DNA of 31,519 bases from Candidatus Methylomirabilota bacterium (lineage in GTDB: Bacteria; Methylomirabilota; Methylomirabilia; Rokubacteriales; CSP1-6), in the NCBI GenBank assembly GCA_046726415.1, contig JBKPAK010000326.1, positions 1 to 31,519 of the forward strand, given 5' to 3'. The notes below the pieces were generated by a model. That model was not told where the DNA came from. It did no database searches and worked only from the letters and a program-made list of their open reading frames with translations. This document shows, piece by piece, positions 8,817-19,000 of the stretch. Every line of letters starts with the position of its first letter. The stretch's first letter is position 1. Made by a program: the position numbers and the translations under genes.

Positions 8817-11800
8817 ATGAAAGACCGGAGCATCGACGAGGCGCAACGGGCCATCGCGGAGCTGATGCGGACACCAGTTGGGCGTCGCTGGCTGCTCAAG
8901 GCCGGCGTGGGCGCGGCGGCGGCCTGGGCAGTGCCCGCGTGGGCCACCGCCGCGACGAGGCGGAAGGCCGGGGCCGACACGCACGGCGCCGGGCCAAGGA
9001 CGAGACGCGGCATCGTCTTCCACTTCGCGCTGGGTCCGGCCGCGCACCTGGCGGACCTCAGGGTGGTCGCGAGCGGCCGCGAGGTGGTGCTGACCCCCCA
9101 CACGCGGAGGACGCGCGTGGCGCTCCTGTCGCAGGGCACCTTATGGCGCAAGATCAGCCGCAGCCAGCTCACCCACTTCGCCGAGGTGCCGTTGCGCCGC
9201 GACCGGGGAACACTACTGTCGGTTCACGGTACCCGGAACGGGCAGACAGTGCTACTGGCCCAGGCGTTCCACGCTCCGCAAGCGGCCACGCGAGCGCTTG
9301 CCCAGGCCGCCTTCCTGCTGGAGGGGTCGTACAAGTCGGTCGCCGGTTCCCGCGAACGGCTCGGAGCCCTGGAACTGGACGCGTCGCAGCTCGCCTCGGT
9401 GGACGAGATCGTGGATCTCGAGACGGTCGTCGACTCGCACCAGACGGCGATCGCCTTGACGATGTTGCACCCGAACGTGGCCACCGTGGCGCCGGTCGAG
9501 GTGCCGACGACGAAGTCGCTGTTGGGGCAGACCCCCGAAGTGACCACGCTGGGCAACAAGATCGACGAGATGCACCAAGCCGGGCAGGACTACGCCACGG
9601 TGGTGCCAGCACTCGACGCCGACGGCAACCAGAGCCAGATCCAAGTCGGCACCCAGACGGTCGCCCTGACGACGGTTCAGCTGAACACGACCGACACGAC
9701 GTTCACGTCCAACGCGCGCTCGGCGATCGTCGCCGGGATCCATGGGGTGCGTGACACCGGCGACCTCGGCAAGGTGATCAACCGGCCGCTCGACGAGCTG
9801 CAGGACCCCACGGACACCGCCACGTGGCATCAACCCGAGGGTGTCGTCCCTACCCCCATGCCCTACGTGCCGCCGTCGGGCGAGCAAGCGACCGTCGACG
9901 TGCAGGTCAGCAACACCGGGTTCTGGTACGGCACGCAGACCAACCTCAACGGCCCGCTCTCGGGCCGGCAGGTCCCGCTCCGGTTGTACAACAACTACGT
10001 CCGCTGGGTATGGGTGTACGTCCAGTACCTCAAGGTCGACGGCACCAACTTGTCGCTCGATCCCAACGCCACGTGGCCCGACACCCCCCACGCTCATTCC
10101 CTCGGCCTGCTCCCACAGATCTTCACCGTCCTGGGTGCCCCGATCTGGGACACCAACACCATCGACGTAACCCTCCAGTACCCGCTGGAGGCAGCGACCG
10201 CCCGAATCCTGTTCTGCGGGCTCGGCAACAACGCCATCGACGGCGGCTGGCGCCAGTACTTCCCTGCCGACGCCTACCCCAGCGGCGCGATCGCCCCCCA
10301 AGACGAAGTGATCGTGGCCTCGTTGACCACCGGCATGCTCACCATCGGCGTGACGGCGTTCGCCCTCCTCACCGACATCAACGTCGCCACCACGTTCGCC
10401 GCCATCCGGAGATTCATCAACGACGACGTCAACGCGTTCAAGGAAGCCGTCGAAGGCATCACCCGGATCACGGGCCTGACGGCCACCGAGGCAGTCGCCG
10501 CCGCGGTTGCCGCCGGGGCGGCGACCGCCGAGGACATCACCAACAACGGCGGCAGCGTCGCCAACATCTGGAACACCCTGCTCAGCTTCGGGACGATCAT
10601 CCCGAAGGTCATCTTCGCCGTTGTCGCCAACGCTTTCTGGGCGAAGGTGGCCGCGACTGTTGTTGGTGATGAAGGGGCGGAGAGGGTGTCCGGCGCGATC
10701 CCGTTCTTCGGGCAGATCCTCGCCATCGCCGCGGCGGTGGGTGATGTGTTGACGTTGGGGGAGGCGATTGGGGAGACGATCGCGTCGCCGTGGGTGATCG
10801 AGAATGAGGTGTCGTTGCAGTATGCGGCGACGGTGACGGTGTCGCCGGATCCGCGGTCGGGGATGCCGCCGGCGTGGCCGGTGTCGGCTCGGTCGTGGCG
10901 GGTCGAAGCGAAGGTCGATGGGGTGGCGGCGTTGACCCCGCAGACGGGGACATTGAACACCGGTGGGGGCACGGACACCACCCCGATCGTGTTGCATCTG
11001 ACGCCCCCGTTCGCCGGCAAGACGATCACCTGGTCGATCGTCGTGTTGGACGCCGGCGGTCATCAGGTGGGGACGGGGATGTCGGCCCAGTTGCGCAACG
11101 ACGATCCGGCCAACCCGCCGACCACGGTCAACTTCGCGATCACCGAACTGCCAGCGGCGATCACTGCCTCGACGGTGTTCCGGCGGACCGACACCACCGT
11201 GTTCAACCCGGCCCTGCCCGGCTACACGTGGTCCCGTGACGTCGTCGACACCGGCACCGCCACCAACAGCGGGATCCAAGAGGTGACCGGGGTGACCGTC
11301 TCCACGCGCTTGGGGGTGGCCGGCATCGTGTGGAAGCAGAACGACCGGTTCTGGGTGCGCGGCGTCCCCGTCGCCGAAGCGGGCTCCACCATCACCCTCG
11401 GCACCGCCACCCGCAACGGCTACGCCCGCCGCCCCTTCTTGCTGTTCGACGCCTTCGTCGAAGCCGCCGACGCCGCCAACCACGTGCTGTTGGAACCCGA
11501 CGACACCGAAGACGGCTACCACGTCCGCAGCCTCACCATCGACCCCGCCACCGGCGCCCTCAGCTGGGACTCGACCCAATCATTGGGCGCCTTCGTGCTG
11601 CCCGTCGACGCCGCCGCCTTGCACTCCTCGGGACGCGTCATCACCGTGCACACGACCAGTGGCCGTCTCGCCCACGTCTTGCCGGCCGCCACCCCGCAGC
11701 CCCCACTGGCCACCTACTCGGCCGGGCCCGGCACCCAGATCGGGCTGCTCTCCTCCCCCACCGCCGTCGCCGTCACCAACCCCGGCACCGTCATCGTGTT

Positions 11801-12197
11801 AGAAGCCGGCGCCTCCCAACTCGCCGCCTTCGACCTCAACGGCCACCCGGCCCGCTCCTTCGGCACCACCACCCCCGCCAACTTCACCCTCCCCCTGCCC
11901 GCCGACGTCACCTGGCTCGACCTCGCCGTCGACGGCGCCAACCAGATCTACCTGCTCTCCCACCACGGCGACGGCGCCGACCCCGCCGACTACCACATCG
12001 ACGTCTACAGCCCCACCGGCACCCCCATCGCCACCAACAGCCCCGGCACCAACATCCCCCACCTCGCCGTCGACTACTGGCGGAGCATCTATGCGGCGAA
12101 CTACACGGCGCTGCTGGACAGCAGTACAGGCCAGCCCCGCATCGATCCCGCCATCGGCGTGGCCGAGCCCTCGCTCAGCCGCTTCGACCCGTCGTGA
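8817..12197 (+). CDS. Large Tat-exported hypothetical protein A (~1126 aa): hydrophobic central helices, C-terminal NHL-like propeller
   Basis: GAGG RBS before ATG 8817. Twin-arginine leader GRRWLLKAGVGAAAAWAVPAWATA and NHL-like blade LLSSPTAVAVTNPGTVIVLEAGASQLAAFDLNG. Aligns end to end with the next gene. Confidence 0.88.
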   Translation: MKDRSIDEAQRAIAELMRTPVGRRWLLKAGVGAAAAWAVPAWATAATRRKAGADTHGAGPRTRRGIVFHFALGPAAHLADLRVVASGREVVLTPHTRRTRVALLSQGTLWRKISRSQLTHFAEVPLRRDRGTLLSVHGTRNGQTVLLAQAFHAPQAATRALAQAAFLLEGSYKSVAGSRERLGALELDASQLASVDEIVDLETVVDSHQTAIALTMLHPNVATVAPVEVPTTKSLLGQTPEVTTLGNKIDEMHQAGQDYATVVPALDADGNQSQIQVGTQTVALTTVQLNTTDTTFTSNARSAIVAGIHGVRDTGDLGKVINRPLDELQDPTDTATWHQPEGVVPTPMPYVPPSGEQATVDVQVSNTGFWYGTQTNLNGPLSGRQVPLRLYNNYVRWVWVYVQYLKVDGTNLSLDPNATWPDTPHAHSLGLLPQIFTVLGAPIWDTNTIDVTLQYPLEAATARILFCGLGNNAIDGGWRQYFPADAYPSGAIAPQDEVIVASLTTGMLTIGVTAFALLTDINVATTFAAIRRFINDDVNAFKEAVEGITRITGLTATEAVAAAVAAGAATAEDITNNGGSVANIWNTLLSFGTIIPKVIFAVVANAFWAKVAATVVGDEGAERVSGAIPFFGQILAIAAAVGDVLTLGEAIGETIASPWVIENEVSLQYAATVTVSPDPRSGMPPAWPVSARSWRVEAKVDGVAALTPQTGTLNTGGGTDTTPIVLHLTPPFAGKTITWSIVVLDAGGHQVGTGMSAQLRNDDPANPPTTVNFAITELPAAITASTVFRRTDTTVFNPALPGYTWSRDVVDTGTATNSGIQEVTGVTVSTRLGVAGIVWKQNDRFWVRGVPVAEAGSTITLGTATRNGYARRPFLLFDAFVEAADAANHVLLEPDDTEDGYHVRSLTIDPATGALSWDSTQSLGAFVLPVDAAALHSSGRVITVHTTSGRLAHVLPAATPQPPLATYSAGPGTQIGLLSSPTAVAVTNPGTVIVLEAGASQLAAFDLNGHPARSFGTTTPANFTLPLPADVTWLDLAVDGANQIYLLSHHGDGADPADYHIDVYSPTGTPIATNSPGTNIPHLAVDYWRSIYAANYTALLDSSTGQPRIDPAIGVAEPSLSRFDPS

Positions 12198-12343
12198 CCG
12201 GCTCCCGGGCCTGGATCCTGACTGCGGTCCTGGCCTCGGTGTCCCTTTCGGTGACAACCGGGACATGTTGTAAGGAGACAGCGGGATACCGGGCGCACTT
12301 TTCTCATGACCGCTCGGTCCTGTATGATCCTGCACCATAGAAA

Positions 12344-12500
12344 ATGACAACGAGCGCAGGTTCTCGCACCTGGACTGCAAAGTAGCTGATTGTTGCTGCA
12401 TAAGTTCGGGGCCCCGCCGGTGAGCCGCCGCTCGCTGTTCAACACTGGTCTGGATTCAGCCTCGACTTTGGCTTCACGCCCCTGGTCGAGTCCGACCGTT
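12344..12500 (+). repeat. Degenerate copy of the 5' end (Tat leader) of the downstream gene
   Basis: Reads LLHKFGAPPVSRRSLFNTGLDSAS versus LMQKLRATPVSRRWMLKAGLGSAA in gene B. Exact GTGAGCCGCCGCT at 12420 and 12702; CAACGAGCGC follows an ATG in both. Confidence 0.65.
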
Positions 12501-12629
12501 GCCGCTCACTTCGAACAGGACGGGCCCGCCGACGCGAAGCGGTAGCCGACCCGCTTTCCGGCGGTCGCCGGGATCTCCCACCAATCCCCCAGCGATAGCT
12601 CTGCCCAGCGGTCCCGGAGAGGAGAAGCC

Positions 12630-15600
12630 ATGATGAGCAACGAGCGCGCGCGCCTGGACACCGACACGCTGTCGCTGATGCAGAAGCTCCGGGCCACGCC
12701 AGTGAGCCGCCGCTGGATGCTCAAGGCCGGGCTGGGATCGGCCGCGGCCATGGCGCTGCAGCTCCCGAGCAGTCCAGTCGCTGATGCGGCGACGCGGGTA
12801 CGCAGGTCCTCCCGGTCTCCGCTTCACTTTGCCCTCGGAACGGCCACGGGCATCACCGAGCTGGTGCTGGTCGCCAACGGCGACCGGTTTCTACTGGTCC
12901 CACATACCGCAGCGTCGCGCGCGGCGCTCAAGACCGAAGGCGGCCTGTGGAGCGTCATGGATCTGTCCGCCCTCACCCACTACGTCCCGGCTGTCCCGTT
13001 GCCGGTGGACCGCGGGATCGTGTTCTCGGTGTACGGGCGGAGGGGACAGGCCACGGTCCTGGTGTCGCAGTTGTGGCGCGTCCTGCCCAAGGCCACGCGG
13101 GCCCTGGCCCAGGCGGCGCATCGCCTCACCGGCTCACTCGAAAGTGTTCACGGCTCGCCCGCGCGCCTGAAGGCGCTGGGTCTCGTGCCCTCCCAGATCA
13201 GCTCGCCGGAGTACGTGGTGCAGCTGGAGTCAATCGGAGATCCCCACCAGACGGCCACCGTCCTGACGATGCTCCACCCGAACGTGGCCACCATCGACCC
13301 CACGGCTTCGGCGACGACCAAGGCGTTGCTGGGTCAGACCCCTGAAGTGCAGAATCTCGGATCGTACATCGGCAACATGCAGCAGCAGGGCCGAGACTTC
13401 GCCACGTCGGTCCCGGTCACCGATGCGGACGGCACGCCCAGCCAGATCCAGGTCGGCGACGTCACCACGACGTTCTCCTCCATCCAGCTCAACCGCGACG
13501 ACTCAGGCTTTGTCGCCGCCACCAAATCCGCGCTCACCGCCGGCGTGCTGGGTGTGCGCGACGAACCCAGCCTCGGTGCTGTGATCGACAGGCCACTGGA
13601 CCAGAGCCCGCCCGCTGCCGGCCAGACCTGGGTGCAGCCCCAGGGTGTCGCCCCGCAGTCGCAGCCCTACTCACCCTCGGTGAGCGTCGGTTCGGGGCTC
13701 AGTGTCACTGTCAAGAACACGGGAGCCCTGTACGGGACCACGACGGTCGTCAACGGTACTTTCGCCAACAGCCAGCTACCGCTGCGGATCTACAACACCT
13801 TCGTCCGCTGGATCTGGCTCTACGTCCAGTACCTGGGGGCGGGCGACCAGAACCTGTCCATCAACAACAACTTCGCCTTTCCCGACACCAAGTACTCCAA
13901 GTCGCTCGCCATCTGCCCCCAGGTGTTCACCCTCCTGGGCGTGCCGCTCTTTAACACCAACACGGTCGACGTCACGCTCGACTTCCCGGAGGGCGCCCAC
14001 ACGGCCCGGCTGCTCTACTGCGGGCTGGGCTCGGACCTCGTGGGTGGGGGCTGGCGCCAGTACTTCCCGTCTGACGCCTACCCCAACAAGATCGCCCCCA
14101 CCGACGAGGTCCTGGTTCCCGCGCTGCTCACCGGCATCTTGACCATCGGCATCACCGCCTTCGCCCTGGTCCTGGACGTCGCCATGTTCTCGGTCTGGGA
14201 CGACATAAGGTCCCTCATCGAGAACCTTGCGGGCGCGCCCGCAAGAGCTCAAAGACGAAGTCGCAGCATTCAGCCAGATAGTGACCCAGCTCACCGCTCT
14301 CGAGGCCGTGACCGCCGCCGTCGCGGCCGGGAGCGCGACCTACGTCGATATCGAGAACAGTGGGCAAGACCTCGACAACCTCTGGAGCATCCTGGCCCCC
14401 CTGGGCAGCTTCATCCCCAAGGTGCTCTTCAATCCGAAAGCCTTCCTGCTGTACGTCCAGGTAGCCAGGAGCCTTCTCGGAACAGCGGCCGCCATCAAGG
14501 TGGTCAACGCGATCCCCATTATCGGGGAGGTGGTGGCGGTCATCGCGGCCGTCGGCGATCTGCTCACCTTGGGCGAGGCGATCGGCGAGACGATCGCCTC
14601 GCCGTGGGTGATCGAGAACGAGGTGACCCTCACCTACCAGGCCTCGGTCACCATTTCGCGCGACGTGGTCCACAAAGCCGCCACATTCCCGGTGACCGCC
14701 CAGTCGTGGCGCCTGGAGGCCCTCGTGGACGGGGCTCTCACTCTCGCCCCCATCACCGGCACCATCAACGAGGGAGGGCGCATTCGCTCCGACCCGCTGT
14801 CGCTGAGCGTGACGGCGCCGTTCGGCGGCAAGGTGATCCAGTGGAGCGTCGCCATGCTGGACGGGGCCGGCAACCAGGTGGCGACCGGCGTCTCCCCGCA
14901 GTTGCCGAACGATGACCCCGCCCAGCCGCCGTCGCAGGTGTCCTTCGCGATCACCGAGCTGCCCGCCGCGATCGGCCCCTCGACGGTCTTCCAGCGCGCC
15001 GACACCACCACCTTCAGTCCCGCCGCCGGTGGATACACCTGGTCCAATCAGGTGACCTCCATCGGCACGAGAGCCAGCAGTGGGATCCAGGAAGTGACCA
15101 GCGCGGCCGTGGCCACCCAGGCCGGCGTCGTCGGAGTCGTCTGGAAGCAGGGCGATCGCTACTACCTGCGAGGCGTTCCTGTGGCCGAGAACGGCACCAC
15201 CATCCCGCTGCGCGTCGCCCCCAAAGAGGGCTACGCCCGCCGTCCTTTCCTGCTCTTCGACGCCTTCGTCGAGCGCACCGACGAGGGCAATCACGTCCTG
15301 CTCGAGCCGGACGAGACCACCGACGCTTACAACGTGCGTCGGGTCACCCTGGACCCGGTGACCGGAGCCATCGACTGGGACCCCACCGTCTCCTACGGCA
15401 CCTTCATCTTGCCCGTGTCAGCGGCCGCGCTGCATTCCTCGGGGCGAGTGGTCGCGCTGCACACCGCGACGAGCCGCCTGGGCGTGCTCAAGCCCGTCAC
15501 GACTCCGCGGCCTCACCTGGCCGCCTACAGTGCTGGTCCCGGCAGCCAGATCGGCCTGCTGCGCTCACCCATCGCCGTGGCCGTCACCAACCCCGGCGTG

Positions 15601-16035
15601 GTGCTGATCCTGGAGGCGGGCGCATCCCAGCTCGCCGCCTTCGATCTCAATGGCAACCCCGTCCGCTACTTCGGATCCGGCCCCACCTTGCAGTTCACCA
15701 CGCCCCTCGCGTCGCCGGGCACTTACCTCGACCTGGCCGTGGACGGCGCCAGCCAGATCTACCTCCTCTACTACACCGGCGATGGCTCTCTGCCCGAGCA
15801 CTACCGGGTCGACGTCTACACGCCGGCCGGGGTGGCGTTCGAGACCAACAGCCCCGGCGTCAACGTGCCACACCTGGCCGTGGACTACTGGCGCAGCATC
15901 TACGGCGCGAATTTCGATCCGCTGACCAACCTCGGCACGACGACACCTCACATCGACCCCGCGCTCGGCGTGGCGGAGCCCTCCCTGAGCCGCTTCGATC
16001 CCATCACGCCGAAACGCGCACGGCGGCGGCGGTGA
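12630..16035 (+). CDS. Large Tat-exported hypothetical protein B (~1134 aa if one extra C at 14238-14240 is removed); paralogue of protein A
   Basis: GGAGAGGAGAA RBS and SRRWMLK Tat motif. ORFs 12630..14915 and 14227..16035 join into one protein sharing TMLHPNVAT, GGWRQYFP, LTLGEAIGETIASPWVIENEV, GYARRPFLLFDAFVE, HLAVDYWRSIY and GVAEPSLSRFDP with A. Confidence 0.85.
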
Positions 16036-19000
16036 GGGCGGGCCCAGGGCGGCAGTCCGTGACGAGCGTGGCGCGACGCCTGGTGCCAGTGCCTCTCCTG
16101 GCTGCGATGCTGGTCGCCAGCCTCGTCGCAGTGCCGCCCACGCTCGCCCAGTCATCCGGATCCGCATTCGTGTACTGGAGCAACACCCAGTCCGGAACGA
16201 TCGGACGCAGCACGACCGACGGAAACCCCGCCAACGTCAACCAGAGCTTCATCAGAGTTGGCACCGACCCAACTGCCGTAGGAAGCCTGGTGCTCGATCG
16301 CCAGCACATCTACTGGGCCAACTTCGACTGGACCAACTTCGGCGCCGCGATTGGGCGCGCGGGCCTCGACGGCAGCGGCGTCAACCAGAGTTTCATCACC
16401 CTCCCGCCCCACCCCAACGACCTGGGGGCCTATGCGGTGGCGGTCGACGGTCAGCACATCTTCTGGGCGCGCCCTATGGCCGGCACGATCGGGCGGGCCA
16501 ACCTCGACGGCAGCGACGTGAGTGACAACTTCATCACCAGCGCGAACATCCCCTCAGGGCTGGCGGTCTACGGCAAGCACATCTACTGGGCCAACTCAGG
16601 CAATAGCACGATTGGGCGGGCGAACCTCGACGGCAGTGGCGTCAACCAGAGCTTCATCAACCCGAACGGGCAAGGAGTTTCTGCGCTGGCGGTCGACGGC
16701 CAGCACATCTACTGGACCGGCCTCTTTTCCACCACGATCGGGCGGGCCAACCTCGACGGCAGCAATGTCAACCCGAACTTCATCACTGGCGCGATCGGCG
16801 CGTTCAATGTCGCGATTGACTACGAGCATATTTACTGGGCCAACCCGTTCGTCGCGTTAGCCGGAAGCGGCGGAACGGTGGGGCGGGCGAACCTCGACGG
16901 CAGCGACGCCAATCAGAGCTTCATCGCCGCCGATACCAGCCTCGGCGACGGCTGCGGGCCGCCGTCGAGCCGATGCGCCCCGGGCTCGGTTGCGGTCAGC
17001 GTGCTGACGGGGCCGCTCTGCCTGCGCCAGGATCCGCCACCACTCCCCATGTGGGGCGACGCGGTCTTTGCCCGACCGCTGGACCCCGGGAGCTCGAACA
17101 TCAACGTGGTGGTGGTGCCGTCTGGCTCGACCTGGAGCGAGGCGGGAGGGTGCACTGGGAGCGCGCAAGGCGCGGCCGAGGTCGTGACCCACCCGACCTC
17201 GATCGCCGTCGCGCCCGGCGCGGCCCTCTTGCTCAAGGACGACACCGGCCTCGTGTCCGCGTGGGGAGCCGCGAACGTCGGGGCCGGTGATCCCCCTCCG
17301 ATATTCTTCCCGGGCCGCTCGGGCTGGACACCGACGCAGGTCGAGGTCGTGGACGCGAAAACGCTCCTCGACACTTACAACGGCTGTCGTGCCTGCGTGC
17401 TGCCGGAGGACATCAGCTTCACAGCCGCGCCGGCGAACCCGAACGTTGCCTATCAGAAGGACGTCAGCGGCGCCAGCCTGGTAGGCGCCACCTTGACCGG
17501 GGCCTTCACCAGCTGGAACTTGAGCAGCGCCGACCTGACGGGCGCGGTCTTGAGTGGCACCGACCTCACCGGCGCCGACCTCACCGGCGCGGTTCTCAGC
17601 GGCGCGACCTTGAACGAGACGGTGATCGATCGCACCGTGTTCGACCGGGCCGACCTTTCGGGCGCGCAACTGGTCGGGCTGCAGCACGCCGTGCCCCCCA
17701 GCTTCTCCAGCGTCCGGATTGGCCCATTCGACGGACAGTGCACGAAGTTCGAGAACACCGACCTCCGCAACGCCGGCCTGGCTCCGCTCAAGCCGGACCC
17801 CGGCTGCGAGACCAGCCCGCTGCTTCCCGGCAGTACCGCACCGCTCGATGTGCTCACGTTGCTGGCGCGCACCTACCAGGTCCCCGTCAACGTCGCCAAC
17901 GCACGGTTCGTGGCCGACGCGGGTAACCGCGCCGGCCTTGCCGGTGCGGATCTGCACGGCATCAACCTGGATCAGGTGAGGTTCATCGGGTTCCCCGCCG
18001 ACTTCACACGCACGAACTTCGATGGTGCGTCACTCCGGCAGGCGAGCTTCGAGCTGGCCGACCTCTCCGGCGCCACCTTCCGCAATGCCGTTGCGCTGGA
18101 CGCGTCCTTTTTGAACGCTCGCCTGGCCGCGCAGGGTAACGTGCCGGGCGCCAGCTTCGCCGGCTCGGCAACCAGCCTCGTGGGCGCCTCCTTCGTCGGC
18201 GCAGATGTCAGCGGCGCCAGCTTCCAGAGCGCGGACCTCTCGGGCGCCGCCTTCAACCAAGCCCTCGCCGTGGGCACCGACTTCAACTCGGTGAAGGCCC
18301 CCAACGCCGTCTTCCACGGCGCCCACATCTACGGCGACGGCCGAGCCTTCGACAGCGCCAGAAATCTGCAAGGGATCGACTTCGTCGATGCCGTGCTCGC
18401 CGGCGACGCCAACCAGGGCGGCTTCGACCTCAGCGGCGCCGACCTCACCGGCGCCAAGTTCGACAGCGCGCAGTGCATCGGCTGCAACTTCACCGGATCG
18501 ACGCTCGACGGGGCCAGCTTCTCCGATACCTACCTGCTCGGGGCCGTGTTCTCCTCCGCCACCCTCCCGGGCGTCAACCTGCTCGGTGCCTGGCTCTACT
18601 GCGGCGACCTGTCGAATTCCTCATGCACCAAAGTCCCGGGCTCGCAGCCTTGGTGGGCCTGGCCACTCACGCTCGGCGTTGGGGAGTCCTTCGGCCCTGT
18701 CCCCTTTGCCGCGACGGACCTGACCGGCGTGTCGCTCAATGACGTGACCGCCTGCCCGGACGGCAAGGTGGGGGCGATCGACCCCGCCGGATGTGACAAC
18801 CATCTCCTGCCAGGGCCAGGCGAAGCGCCACTGATACCCGCCCCCTGCTCCGCCGCGGGTCTGGGAGCCTGCCCCACCCCGACCGAGACGCTCTTCGACG
18901 CCACCTCCGTAGGCTCGCCCCTGGCTGTCGCGGCGGCCACCCCACCCACCTGGGTCACCACCCTGACCGCGCCCGGCTACTACGTCGCGCTCGACGACGG

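Noticed and set aside
9252..11579. 775-aa minus-strand ORF (and similar antisense ORFs over genes B and C)
   Set aside because: Antisense shadows of strongly GC3-biased real genes; no motifs of their own.
8817..16035. Paralogue pair as DGR target/template or Rhs/Tc toxin
   Set aside because: No reverse transcriptase, no adenine-specific near-identical repeat, and no YD/RHS repeats or recognisable toxin tip.
16167..16926. Periodic DNA repeats as a possible CRISPR array
   Set aside because: Degenerate, in-frame, codon-wobble variation; they encode propeller blades. No cas genes present.
17460..18600. Pentapeptide repeats as Qnr/MfpA-type quinolone resistance
   Set aside because: Embedded in a 1411-aa secreted multidomain protein, not a small cytoplasmic gyrase protector.
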